Of a stretch of DNA of 64,000 nt, positions 30,001-42,882 are shown piece after piece. A program made the position numbers and the translations under genes. Within the stretch, counting starts at the first letter, position 1, and each line of letters begins with the position of its first letter. Under the pieces are notes generated by a model that saw only the letters and a list, made by a program, of their open reading frames with translations, was not told the origin of the DNA and ran no database searches. Source of the stretch: Eledone cirrhosa. Its lineage: Eukaryota. The stretch spans positions 992,001-1,056,000 of the forward strand of contig OZ024742.1 in assembly GCA_964016885.1 (NCBI GenBank), in the 5' to 3' direction.

Positions 30001-33000
30001 CATCTCACTACTTCTCTAACAGTCTCACATCTCACTACTTCTATAATACAGTCTCACATCTCACTACTTCTCTAACACAGTCTCACATCTCACTACTTCT
30101 CTAATAGTCTCACATCTCACTACTTCTCTAACACAGTCTCACATCTCACTACTTCTCTAATACAGTCTTACATCTCACTACTTCTCTAACACAGTCTCAC
30201 ATCTCACTACTTATCTAACACAGTCTCACATGTCACTACTTCTCTAATACAGTCTCACATCTCACTACTTCTCTAACACAGTCTCACATCTCACTACTTC
30301 TCTAATACAGTCTCACATCTCACTACTTCTCTAATACAGTCTCACATCTCACTACTTCTCTAGCACAGTCTCACATCTCACTACATCTCTAATAGTCTCA
30401 CATCTTACTACTTCTCTAATAGTCTCACATCTCACTACATCTCTAATACAGTCTCACATCTCACTACTTCTCTAATAGTCTCACATCTCACTACTTCTCT
30501 AATACAGTCTCACATCTCACTACTTCTCTAACACAGTCTCACATCTCACTACTTCTCTAACAGTCTCACATCTCACTACTTCTCTAACACAGTCTCACAT
30601 CTCACTACTTCTCTAACACAGTCTCACATCTCACTACTTCTCTAACAGGCTCACATCTCACTACTTCTCTAACAGGCTCACATCTCACTACTTCTCTAAC
30701 ACAGTCTCACATCTCACTACTTCTCTAATACAGTCTCATATCTCACTACTTCTCTAACACAGTCTCACATCTCACTACTTCTCTAACACAGTCTCACATC
30801 TCACTACTTCTCTAACACAGTCTCACATCTCACTACTTCTCTAATACAGTCTCACATCTCACTACTTCTCTAACACAGTCTCACATCTCACTACTTCTCT
30901 AACACGGTCTCACATCTCACTACTTCTCTAATACAGTCTCACATCTCACTACTTCTCTAACAGTCTCACATCTCACTACTTCTCTAACAGTCTCACATCT
31001 CACTACTTCTCTAACACAGTCTCACATCTCACTACTTCTCTAACAGTTTCACATCTCACTACTTCTCTAACACAGTCTCACATCTCACTACTTCTCTAAC
31101 AGTCTCACATCTCACTACTTCTATAATACAGTCTCACCTCTCACTACTTCCCTAACACAGTCTCACATCTCACTACTTCTCTAACAGTCTCACATCTCAC
31201 TACTTCTCTAACACAGTCTCACATCTCACTACTTCTCTAACAGTCTCACATCTCACTACTTCTCTAACAGTGTCACATCTCACTACTTCTCTAACACAGT
31301 CTCACATCTCACTACATCTCTAATACAGTCTCACATCTCACTACTTCTCTAACACAGTCTCACATCTCACTACTTCTCTAATAGTCTCACATCTCACTAC
31401 TTCTCTAATAGTCTCACATCTCACTACTTCTCTAATAGTCTCACATCTCACTACTTCTCTAACACAGTCTCACATCTCACTACTTCTCTAACAGTCTCAC
31501 ATCTCACTACTTCTCTAATACAGTCTCACATCTCACTACTTTTCTAATACAGTCTCACATCTCACTACTTCTCTAATAAGTCTCACATCTCACTACTTCT
31601 CTAATAGTCTCACATTTCACTACTTCTCTAACACAGTCTCACATCTCATTACTTCTCTAACACAGTCTCACATCTCACTACTTCTCTAACACAGTCTCAC
31701 ATCTCACTACTTCTCTAATAGTCTCACATCTCACTACTTCTCTAATACAGTCTCACATCTCACTACTTCTTTAATACAGTCTCACATCTCACTACTTCTC
31801 TAACACAGTCTCACATCTCACTACTTCTCTAACAGTCTCACATCTCACTACTTCTCTAACAGTCTCACATCTCACTACTTCTCTAACAGTCTCACATCTC
31901 ACTACTTCTCTAACACAGTCTCACATCTCACTACTTCTCTAACACAGTCTCACATCTCACTACTTCTCTAACACAGTCTCACATCTCACTACTTCTCTAA
32001 TAGTCTCATATCTCACTACTTCTCTAATAGTCTCACATCTCACTACTTCTCTAACACAGTCTCACATCTCACTACTTCTCTAACAGTCTCACATCTCACT
32101 ACTTCTCTAATACAGTCTCACATCTCACTACTTTTCTAATACAGTCTAACATCTCACTACTTCTCTAATACAGTCTCACATCTCACAACTTCTCTAATAC
32201 AGTCTCACATCTCACTACTTCTCTAACACAGTCTCACATCTCACTACTTCTCTAACACAATCTCACATCTCACTACTTCTCTAACACAGTCTCACATCTC
32301 ACTACTTCTCTAACACAGTCTCACATCTCACTACTTCTCTAACACAGTCTAACATCTCACTACTTCTCTAATAATCTCACATCTCACTACTTCTCTAACA
32401 CAGTCTCACATCTCACTACTTCTCTAACACAGTCTCACATCTCACTACTTCTCTAATACAGTCTCACATCTCACTACTTCTCTAATACAGTCTCACATCT
32501 CACTACTTCTCTAATACAGTCTCACATCTCACTACTTCTCTAATACAGTCTCACATCTCACTACTTCTCTAATACAGTCTCACATCTCACTACTTCTCTA
32601 ACAGTCTCACATCTCACTACTTCTCTAACAGTCTCACATCTCACTACTTCTCTAACAGTCTCACATCTCACTACTTCTCTAACACAGTCTCACATCTCAC
32701 TACTTCTCTAACACAGTCTCACATCTCACTACTTCTCTAACAGTCTCACATCTCACTACTTCTCTAACACAGTCTCACATCTCACTACTTCTCTAACACA
32801 GTCTCACATCTCACTACTTCTCTAACACAGTCTCACATCTCACTACTTCTCTAACAGTCTTACATCTCACTACTTCTCTAACACAGTCTCACATCTCACT
32901 ACTTCTCTAACAGTCTCACACCTCACTACTTCTCTAACACAGTCTCACATCTCACTACTTCTCTAATAGTCTCACATCTCACTACTTCTCTAACAGTCTC

Positions 33001-36000
33001 ACATCTCACTACTTCTCTAACACAGTCTCACATCTCACTACTTCTCTAATAGTCTCACATCTCACTACTTCTCTAATACAGTCTCACATCTCACTACTTC
33101 TCTAACACAGACTCACATCTCACTACTTCTCTAACACAGTCTCACATCTCACTACTTCTCTAACACAGTCTCACATCTCACTACTTCTCTAACACAGTCT
33201 CACATCTCACTACTTCTCTAAAAGTCTCACATCTCACTACTTCTCTAACACAGTCTCACATCTCAGTACTTCTCTAATACAGTCTCACATCTCACTACTT
33301 CTCTAACACAGTCTCACATCTCACTACTTCTCTACTACAGTCTCATATCTCACTACTTCTCTAACACAGTCTCACATCTCACTACTTCTCTAACACAGTC
33401 TCACATCTCACTACTTCTCTAACACAGTCTCAGAGCTCACTACTTCTCTAATACAGTCTCACATCTCACTACTTCTCTAACACAGTCTCACATCTCACTA
33501 CTTCTCTAACACGGTCTCACATCTCACTACTTCTCTAATAGTCTCACATCTCACTACTTCTCTAACACAGTCTCACATCTCACTACTTCTCTAACACAGT
33601 CTCACATCTCACTACTTCTCTAATAGTCTCACTTCTCACTACTTCTCTAATACAGTCTCACATCTCACTACTTCTCTAACACAGTCTCACATCTCACTAC
33701 TTCTCTAACACAGTCTCACATCTCACTACTTCTCTAACAGTCTCACATCTCATTACTTCTCTAACACAGTCTCACATCTCACTACTTCTCTAACAGTCTC
33801 ACATGTCACTACATCTCTAATACAGTCTCACATCTCACTACTTATCTAATACAGTCTCACATCTCACTACTTCTCTACTACAGTCTCACATCTCACTACT
33901 TCTCTAACCCAGTCTCACATCTTCTCTAACACAGTCTCACATCTCACTACTTCTCTAATACAGTCTCACATCCCACTACTTCTTTAATACAGTCTCACAT
34001 CTCACTACTTCTCTAATACAGTCTCACATCTCACTACTTCTCTAACACAGTCTCACATCTCACTACTTCTCTAACACAGTCTCACATCTCACAACTTCTC
34101 TAATACAGTCTCACATCTCACTACTTCTCTAACACAGTCTCACATCTCACTACTTCTCTAACAGTCTCACATCTCACTACTTCTCTAACACAGTCTCACA
34201 TCTCACTACTTCTCTAATACAGTCTCACATCTCACTACTTCTCTAATACAGTCTCACATCTCACTACTTCTCTAACACAGTCTCACATCTCACTACTTCT
34301 CTAACCCAGTCTCACATCTCACTACTTCTCTAACACAGTCTCACATCTCACTACTTCTCTAACAGTCTCACATCTCACTACTTCTCTAACACAGTCTCAC
34401 ATCTCACTACTTCTATAATACAGTCTCACATCTCACTACTTCTCTAATACAGTCTCACATCTCACTACTTCTCTAATACAGTCTCACATCTCACTACTTC
34501 TGTAATACAGTCTCACATCTCACTACTTCTCTAATACAGTCTCACATCTCACTACTTCTCTAACACAGTCTCACATCTCACTACTTCTCTAATACAGTCT
34601 CACATCTCACTACTTCTCTAACACAGTCTCACATCTTACTACTTCTCTAATACAGTCTCACATCTCACTACTTCTCTAATACAGTCTCACATCTCACTAC
34701 TTCTCTAACACAGTCTCACATCTCACTACTTCTCTAACACAGTCTCACATCTCACTACTTCTCTAACACAGTCTCACAGCTCACTACTTCTCTAATACAG
34801 TCTCACATCTCACTACTTCTCTAACACAGTCTCACATCTCACTACTTCTCTAACAGTCTCACATCTCACTACTTCTCTAACAGTCTTACATCTTACTACT
34901 TCTCTAATAGTCTCACATCACACTACATCTCTAATACAGTCTCACATCTCACTACTTCTCTAATAGTCTCACATCTCATTACATCTCTAATACAGTCTCA
35001 CATCTCACTACTTCTCTAACAGTCTCACATCTCACTACTTCTCTAACAGTCTTACATCTTACTACTTCTCTAATAGTCTCACATCACACTACATCTCTAA
35101 TACAGTCTCACATCACACTACTTCTCTAATAGTCTCACATCTCACTACATCTCTAATACAGTCTCACATCTCACTACTTCTCTAATAGTCTCACATCTCA
35201 CTACTTCTCTAACACAGTCTCACATCTCACTACTTCTTTAACACAGTCTCACATCTCACTACTTCTCTAACAGTCTCACATCTCACTACTTCTCTAACAC
35301 AGTCTCACATCTCACTATTTCTCTAATACAGTCTCACATCTCACTACTTCTCTAATACAGTCTCACATCTCACTACTTCTCTAATACAGTCTCATATCTC
35401 ACTACTTCTCTAACACGGTCTCACATCTCACTACTTCTCTAATACAGTCTCACATCTCACTACTTCTCTAACACAGTCTCACATCTCACTACTTCTCTAA
35501 CACAGTCTCACATCTCACTACTTCTCTAACACAGTCTCACATCTCACTACTTCTCTAATAGTCTCACTTCTCACTACTTCTCTAATACAGTCTCACATCT
35601 CACTACTTCTCTAACACAGTCTCACATCTCACTACTTCTCTAACACAGTCTCACATCTCACTACTTCTCTAACAGTCTCACATCTCATTACTTCTCTAAC
35701 AGTCTCACATCTCATTACTTCTCTAACACAGTCTCACATCTCACTACTTCTCTAACAGTCTCACATCTCACTACATCTCTAATACAGTCTCACATCTCAC
35801 TACTTCTCTAATACAGTCTCACATCTCACTACTTCTCTAACACAGTCTCACATCTCACTACTTCTCTAATACAGTCTCACATCCCACTACTTCTCTAATA
35901 CAGTCTCACATCTCACTACTTCTCTAATACAGTCACACATCTCACTACTTCTCTAACACAGTCTCACATCTCACTACTTCTCTAACACAGTCTCACATCT

Positions 36001-39000
36001 CACTACTTCTCTAATACAGTCTCACATCTCACTACTTCTCTAACACAGTCTCACATCTCACTACTTCTCTAACAGTATCACATCTTACTACTTCTCTAAC
36101 ACAGTCTCACATCTCACTACTTCTCTAATACAGTCTCACATCTCACTACTTCTCTAATACAGTCTCACATCTCACTATTTCTCTAACACAGTCTCACATC
36201 TCACTACTTCTCTAACACAGTCTCACATCTCACTACTTCTCTAACACAGTCTCACATCTCACTACTTCTCTAACACAGTCTCACATCTCACTACTTCTCT
36301 AACAGTCTCACATCTCACTACTTCTCTAACACAGTCTCACATCTCACTACTTCTATAATACAGTCTCACATCTCACTACTTCTCTAATACAGTCTCACAT
36401 CTCACTACTTCTCTAATACAGTCTCACATCTCACTACTTCTCTAATACAGTCTCACATCTCACTACTTCTCTAATACAGTCTCACATCTCACTACTTCTC
36501 TAATACAGTCTCACATCTCACTACTTTTCTAATACAGTCTCACATCTCACTACTTCTCTAATACAGTCTCACATCTCACTACTTCTCTAACACAGTCTCA
36601 CATCTCACTACTTCTCTAATACAGTCTCACATCTCACTACTTCTCTAACACAGTCTCACATCTCACTACTTCTCTAACACAGTCTCACATCTCACTACTT
36701 CTCTAATACAGTCTCACATCTCACTACTTCTCTAACAGTCTCACATCTCACTACTTCTCTAACACAGTCTCACATCTCACTACTTCTCTAACAGTCTCAC
36801 ATCTCACTACTTCTATAATACAGTCTCACATCTCACTACTTCTCTAACAGTCTCACATCTCACTACTTCTCTAACACAGTCTCACATCTCACTACTTCTC
36901 TAACAGTCTCACATCTCACTACTTCTCTAACAGTCTCACATCTCACTACTTCTCTAACACAGTCTCACATCTCACTACATCTCTAATAGTCTCACATCTC
37001 ACTACTTCTCTAACACAGTCTCACATCTCACTACTTCTCTAATAGTCTCACATCTCACTACTTCTCTAACACAGTCTCACATCTCACTACATCTCTAATA
37101 GTCTCACATCTTACTACTTCTCTAATAGTCTCACATCTCACTACATCTCTAATACAGTCTCACATCTCACTACTTCTCTAATAGTCTCACATCTCACTAC
37201 ATCTCTAATACAGTCTCACATCTCACTACTTCTCTAATAGTCTCACATCTCACTACTTCTCTAATACAGTCTCACATCTCACTACTTCTCTAACACAGTC
37301 TCACATCTCACTACTTCTCTAACAGTCTCACATCTCACTACTTCTCTAACACAGTCTCACATCTCACTACTTCTCTAACACAGTCTCATATCTCACTACT
37401 TCTCTAATACAGTCTCACATCTCACTACTTCTCTAATACAGTCTCACATCTCACTACTTCTCTAACACAGTCTCACATCTCACTACTTCTCTAAAAGTCT
37501 CACATCTTACTACTTCTCTAATAGTCTCACATCTCACTACATCTCACTACTTCTCTAATAGTCTCACATCTCACTACATCTCTAATACAGTCTCACATCT
37601 CACTACTTCTCTAATAGTCTCACATCTCACTACTTCTCTAATACAGTCTCATATCTCACTACTTCTCTAATACAGTCTCACATCTCACTACTTCTCTAAT
37701 AGTCTCACATCTCACTACATCTCTAATACAGTCTCACATCTCACTACTTCTCTAATAGTCTCACATCTCACTACATCTCTAATACAGTCTCACATCTCAC
37801 TACTTCTCTAATAGTCTCACATCTCACTACTTCTCTAATACAGTCTCACATCTCACTACTTCTCTAACACAGTCTCACATCTCACTACTTCTCTAATACA
37901 GTCTCATATCTCACTACTTCTCTAACAGTTTCACATCTCACTACTTCTCTAACACAGTCTCACATCTCACTACTTCTCTAACAGTCTCACATCTCACTAC
38001 TTCTATAATACAGTCTCACATCTCACTACTTCTCTAACACAGTCTCACATCTCACTACTTCTCTCACAGTCTCACATCTCACTACTTCTCTAATACAGTC
38101 TCACATCTCACTACTTCTCTAACACAGTCTCACATCTCACTACTTCTCTAACACAGTCTCACATCTCACTACTTCTCTAACACAGTCTCACATCTCACTA
38201 CTTCTCTAACAGTCTCACATCTCACTACTTCTCTAACACAGTCTCACATCTTCTCTAACAGTCTCACATCTCACTACTTCTCTAACACAGTCTCACATCT
38301 CACTACTTCTCTAACAGTCTCACATCTCACTACTTCTCTAACACAGTCTCACATCTCACTACATCTCTAATACAGTCTCACATCTCACTACTTCTCTAAC
38401 ACATTCTCACATCTCACTACTTCTCTAACACAGTCTCACATCTCACTACTTCTCTAATAGTCTCACATCTCACTACTTCTCTAATAGTCTCACATCTCAC
38501 TACTTCTCTAACGCAGTCTCACATCTCACTACTTCTCTAACACAGTCTCACATCTCACTACTTCTCTAATAGTCTCACATCTCACTACTTCTCTAATAGT
38601 CTCACATCTCACTACTTCTCTAACACAGTCTCACATCTCACTACTTCTCTAACAGTCTCACATCTCACTACTTCTCTAATACAGTCTCACATCTCACTAC
38701 TTTTCTAATACAGTCTCACATCTCACTACTTCTCTAATACAGTCTCACATCTCACTACTTCTCTAATACAGTCTCACATTTCACTACTTCTCTAACACAG
38801 TCTCACATCTCACTACTTCTCTAACACAGTCTCACATCTCACTACTTCTCTAACACAGTCTCACATCTCACTACTTCTCTAATAGTCTCACATCTCACTA
38901 CTTCTCTAATACAGTCTCACATCTCACTACTTCTCTAATACAGTCTCACATCTCACTACTTCTCTAACACAGTCTCACATCTCACTACTTCTCTAACAGT

Positions 39001-41537
39001 CTCACATCTCACTACTTCTCTAACAGTCTCACATCTCACTACTTCTCTAACACAGTCTCACATCTCACTACTTCTCTAATAGTCTCACATCTCACTACTT
39101 CTCTAATAGTCTCACATCTCACTACTTCTCTAACACAGTCTCACATCTCACTACTTCTCTAACAGTCTCACATCTCACTACTTCTCTAATACAGTCTCAC
39201 ATCTCACTACTTTTCTAATACAGTCTAACATCTCACTACTTCTCTAATACAGTCTCACATCTCACTACTTCTCTAATACAGTCTCACATCTCACTACTTC
39301 TCTAACAGTCTCACATCTCACTACTTCTCTAACACAGTCTCACATCTCACTACTTCTCTAACAGTCTCACATCTCACTACTTCTCTAACACAGTCTCACA
39401 TCTCACTACTTCTCTAACACAGTCTCACATCTCACTACTTCTCTAACAGTCTCACACCTCACTACTTCTCTAACACAGTCTCACATCTCACTACTTCTCT
39501 AACACAGTCTCACATCTCACTACTTCTCTAATAGTCTCACATCTCACTACTTCTCTAACAGTCTCACATCTCACTACTTCTCTAACACAGTCTCACATCT
39601 CACTACTTCTCTAATAGTCTCACATCTCACTACATCTCTAACAGTCTCACATCTCACTACTTCTCTAACAGTCTCACATCTCACTACTTCTCTAACAGTC
39701 TCACATCTCACTACTTCTCTAACAGTCTCACATCTCACTACTTCTCTAATAGTCTCACATCTCACTACTTCTCTAACAGTCTCACATCTCACTACTTCTC
39801 TAACACAGTCTCACATCTCACTACTTCTCTAACAGTCTCACATCTCACTACTTCTCTAATACAGTCTCACATCTCACTACTTTTCTAATACAGTCTCACA
39901 TCTCACTACTTCTCTAATACAGTCTCACATCTCACTACTTCTCTAATACAGTCTCACATTTCACTACTTCTCTAACACAGTCTCACATCTCACTACTTCT
40001 CTAACACAGTCTCACATCTCACTACTTCTCTAATAGTCTCACATCTCACTACATCTCTAACAGTCTCACATCTCACTACTTCTCTAACACAGTCTCACAT
40101 CTCACTACTTCTCTAACAGTCTCACATCTCACTACTTCTCTAACACAGTCTCACATCTCACTACTTCTCTAATACAGTCTCACATCTCACTACTTCTCTA
40201 ACAGTCTCACATCTCACTACTTCTCTAACAGTCTCACATCTCACTACTTCTCTAACAGTCTCACATCTCACTACTTCTATAATACAGTCTCACATCTCAC
40301 TACTTCTCTAACACAGTCTCACATCTCACTACTTCTCTAACACAGTCTCACATCTCACTACTTCTCTAACAGTCTCACATCTCACTACTTCTCTAACACA
40401 GTCTCACATCTCACTACTTCTCTAACACAGTCTCACATCTCACTACTTCTCTAACACAGTCTCACATCTCACTACTTCTCTAACAGTCTCACATCTCACT
40501 ACTTCTCTAACACAGTCTCACATCTCACTACTTCTCTAACACAGTCTCACATCTCACTACTTCTCTAACAGTCTCACATCTCACTACTTCTCTAACACAG
40601 TCTCACATCTCACTACATCTCTAATACAGTCTCACATCTCACTACTTCTCTAACACATTCTCACATCTCACTACTTCTCTAACACAGTCTCACATCTCAC
40701 TACTTCTCTAATAGTCTCACATCTCACTACTTCTCTAATAGTCTCACATCTCACTACTTCTCTAACGCAGTCTCACATCTCACTACTTTTCTAATACAGT
40801 CTCACATCTCACTACTTTTCTAATACAGTCTCACATCTCACTACTTCTCTAACACAGTCTCACATCTCACTACTTCTCTAACAGTCTCACATCTCACTAC
40901 TTCTCTAATACAGTCTCACATCTCACTACTTCTCTAACACAGTCTCACATCTCACTAATTCTCTAATACAGTCTCACATCTCACTACTTCTCTAACACAG
41001 TCTCACATCTCACTACTTCTCTAACACAGTCTCACATCTCACTACTTCTCTAACACAGTCTCACATCTCACTACTTCTCTAACAGTCTTACATCTTACTA
41101 CTTCTCTAATAGTCTCACATCACACTACATCTCTAATACAGTCTCACATCTCACTACTTCTCTAACAGTCTCACATCTCACTACTTCTCTAACACAGTCT
41201 CACATCTCACTACTTCTCTAACACAGTCTCAGATCTCACTACTTCTCTAACAGTCTCACATCTCACTACTTCTCTAACAGTCTCACATCTCACTACTTCT
41301 CTAACACAGTCTCACATCTCACTACTTCTCTAATACAGTCTCACATCTCACTACTTCTCTAACAGTCTCACATCTCACTACTTCTCTAACAGTCTCACAT
41401 CTCACTACTTCTCTAACAGTCTCACATCTCACTACTTCTCTAACAGTCTCACATCTCACTACTTCTCTAACAGTCTCACATCTCACTACTTCTCTAACAG
41501 TCTCACATCTCACTACTTCTCTAATAGTCTCTCACTA
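96..41537. repeat. Satellite I: 27/29-bp tandem array, consensus CAGTCTCACATCTCACTACTTCTCTAA(+CA/TA), roughly 1,450-1,500 units
   Basis: Continuous head-to-tail monomers with no unique spacers. Length varies by a CA/TA dinucleotide. There is typically one G per unit on the + strand. Copy number is estimated from array length divided by ~28 bp. Confidence 0.99.
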
Positions 41538-41579
41538 AATGGTTCAGCCACATTACCCCCCCTTAACTACCAACCGAAT

Positions 41580-41660
41580 CACCACCCTCACCACCCTCAC
41601 CACCACCATCACCACCCTTATCATCATCATCGCTGCCATCGTCATTGTCATCATCATCAT
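41580..41660. repeat. Degenerate (CAC)n/(CAT)n trinucleotide tract
   Basis: caccaccctcaccaccctcaccaccaccatc...tcatcatcatcat read directly. Confidence 0.85.
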
Positions 41661-41700
41661 TACAGCTAGTTATATCTTCTGACACCTTAGTTATATATTA

Positions 41701-41743
41701 GACAAAGCTAACCTCAGCAGAATTTGAACTCAGAACATAAAGG
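41701..41743 (-). mobile_element. tRNA-derived SINE fragment (B-box region), same family as the copy at ~56045-56210
   Basis: Reverse complement CCTTTATGTTCTGAGTTCAAATTCTGCTGAGGTTAGCTTTGTC aligns to 56086-56127 CCTTTACAGTCTGAG-TCAAATCCCGCCGAGGTTAACTTTGCC. It contains a Pol III B-box-like GAGTTCAAATTC. Confidence 0.7.
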
Positions 41744-41938
41744 TCCTCGATTGTATTTTAGAAATCATGTTGTGCGACACTCTACCGACCCTGCTGCTAT
41801 ATACATGTACAAACAGGGTTGTGTGGTTAAGGGGTTTACTGTGCAAAGGGCTGAAACACTTGTTGAAGGAAGGGGGTCTTTTCTGAAGAGCTTCTGCTGT
41901 CTAGCTCTCCTTAAGGTTTTTTGTGTGTGCTATTGAAA

Positions 41939-41964
41939 GTGTATGTGTGTGTGTGTGAGTGTGT
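41939..41964. repeat. (GT)n microsatellite
   Basis: gtgtatgtgtgtgtgtgtgagtgtgt read directly. Confidence 0.85.
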
Positions 41965-42117
41965 ATTTATTTTTGCTATGTCTTCCCTTGACATTGAAAC
42001 AACTTGGGCAATTGATGACATTTGTTTATGTCCAGCATAAACAACATCACTCACAACCCAATGGTTTCAGGTGAAAACAACTTTTAAAATGTAATTTAAA
42101 AAAAAAAAAGTAAAGTT

Positions 42118-42230
42118 TGGTATCTGGAAGGATATCAAACTGGAAGAAACTGCCTCTAAAAAAATGTCTCATCCAACCCATTCCAGCAGAGAAAAGAGGA
42201 CAGAAATGTGATGATGATGATATTGATGAT
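42118..42230 (+). mobile_element. Decayed 3' part of a SINE/LINE with RTE-type tail ending in (GAT)n
   Basis: GGTATCTGGAAGGATATCAAACTGGAAGAAAC...ATCCAACCCATTCCAGCAGAGAAAAGAGGACAGAAATGTGATGATGATGA is similar to the reverse complement of 62501-62652 (GGCATTAGGAAGGGCATCCAGCTGTAGAAACC). Family assignment is from recall of cephalopod repeats. Confidence 0.6.
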
Positions 42231-42589
42231 AGGGACATTGATAATTAGAAAAAAATATAACAATAATTCATTTAAGAAAATTGATTTTAATGGGAAGAAG
42301 AAAATATATTTCTGAATCCTTATAAGAAATTCTTGATACCAAACAGTATTTAGGGTGCTAATACAAATTACAATCCACCCAACACAAACAAATTCTATAA
42401 ATTAGGGTATTTTATATATTTTTCAGATTTCATAAATTGGAAAAAAATCTTTTTAAAGTATATCCTTAGTTTAGAGATTGTGAGATTTTAATCCAACGTA
42501 GGTTAAACAGTTTACGGGTGTTCTGGTTAAGTTCATATTATAGAAAGACAAACGATATATAAATATAAAATAGTGAAGGTACATAGATT

Positions 42590-42790
42590 AGGCGGTGTAT
42601 TTGGGCCAAGTTCATAATTTTGATTCTAAGTCTGGACTACACAATGCATAATGTGTTCTTGAGCAAGGCACTTTATTTTATCTTGCTCCAGACTCAGCTG
42701 GACAAATAAGTCTTGTAATGACATTGGTGCCAAGTTGTATTGGCCTTTGCTTTTCCCTTAGATAACATTGGTGGTGTAGAGAGAGGAGAC
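42590..42790 (+). mobile_element. Decayed CORE-like SINE
   Basis: TGTGTTCTTGAGCAAGGCACTTTATTTT (42652-42679) resembles the CORE-SINE central domain. It is followed by TTGCTCCAGACTCAGCTG and TGGTGCCAAGTTGTATTGGCCTTTGCTTTTCCCTT, recalled from Octopus SINEs. Boundaries are approximate. Confidence 0.55.
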
Positions 42791-42882
42791 ACCTCAATGA
42801 CACCATTAAGAGTTGAGAAATCATGAAAAGAAGAAAGGATATATATAGAGATGACAAGGGTACGAGATAAGTGAAAGGACAC

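Noticed and set aside
67-41513. ORFs in satellite I (VRCETVREV and SHLTTSLTV repeats)
   Set aside because: They are runs of 27-bp (3n) monomers that stay open by arithmetic and end at the next 29-mer. No coding signal.
96-41537. Telomeric repeat (TTAG-containing, C-rich strand)
   Set aside because: The minus strand has TTAGAG, not tandem TTAGGG or TTAGG, and the unit is 27/29 bp.
42420-42465. + strand acceptor-like TTTTTCAG with a short open stretch
   Set aside because: Such motifs are expected in AT-rich DNA. There is no convincing donor or recognisable peptide.
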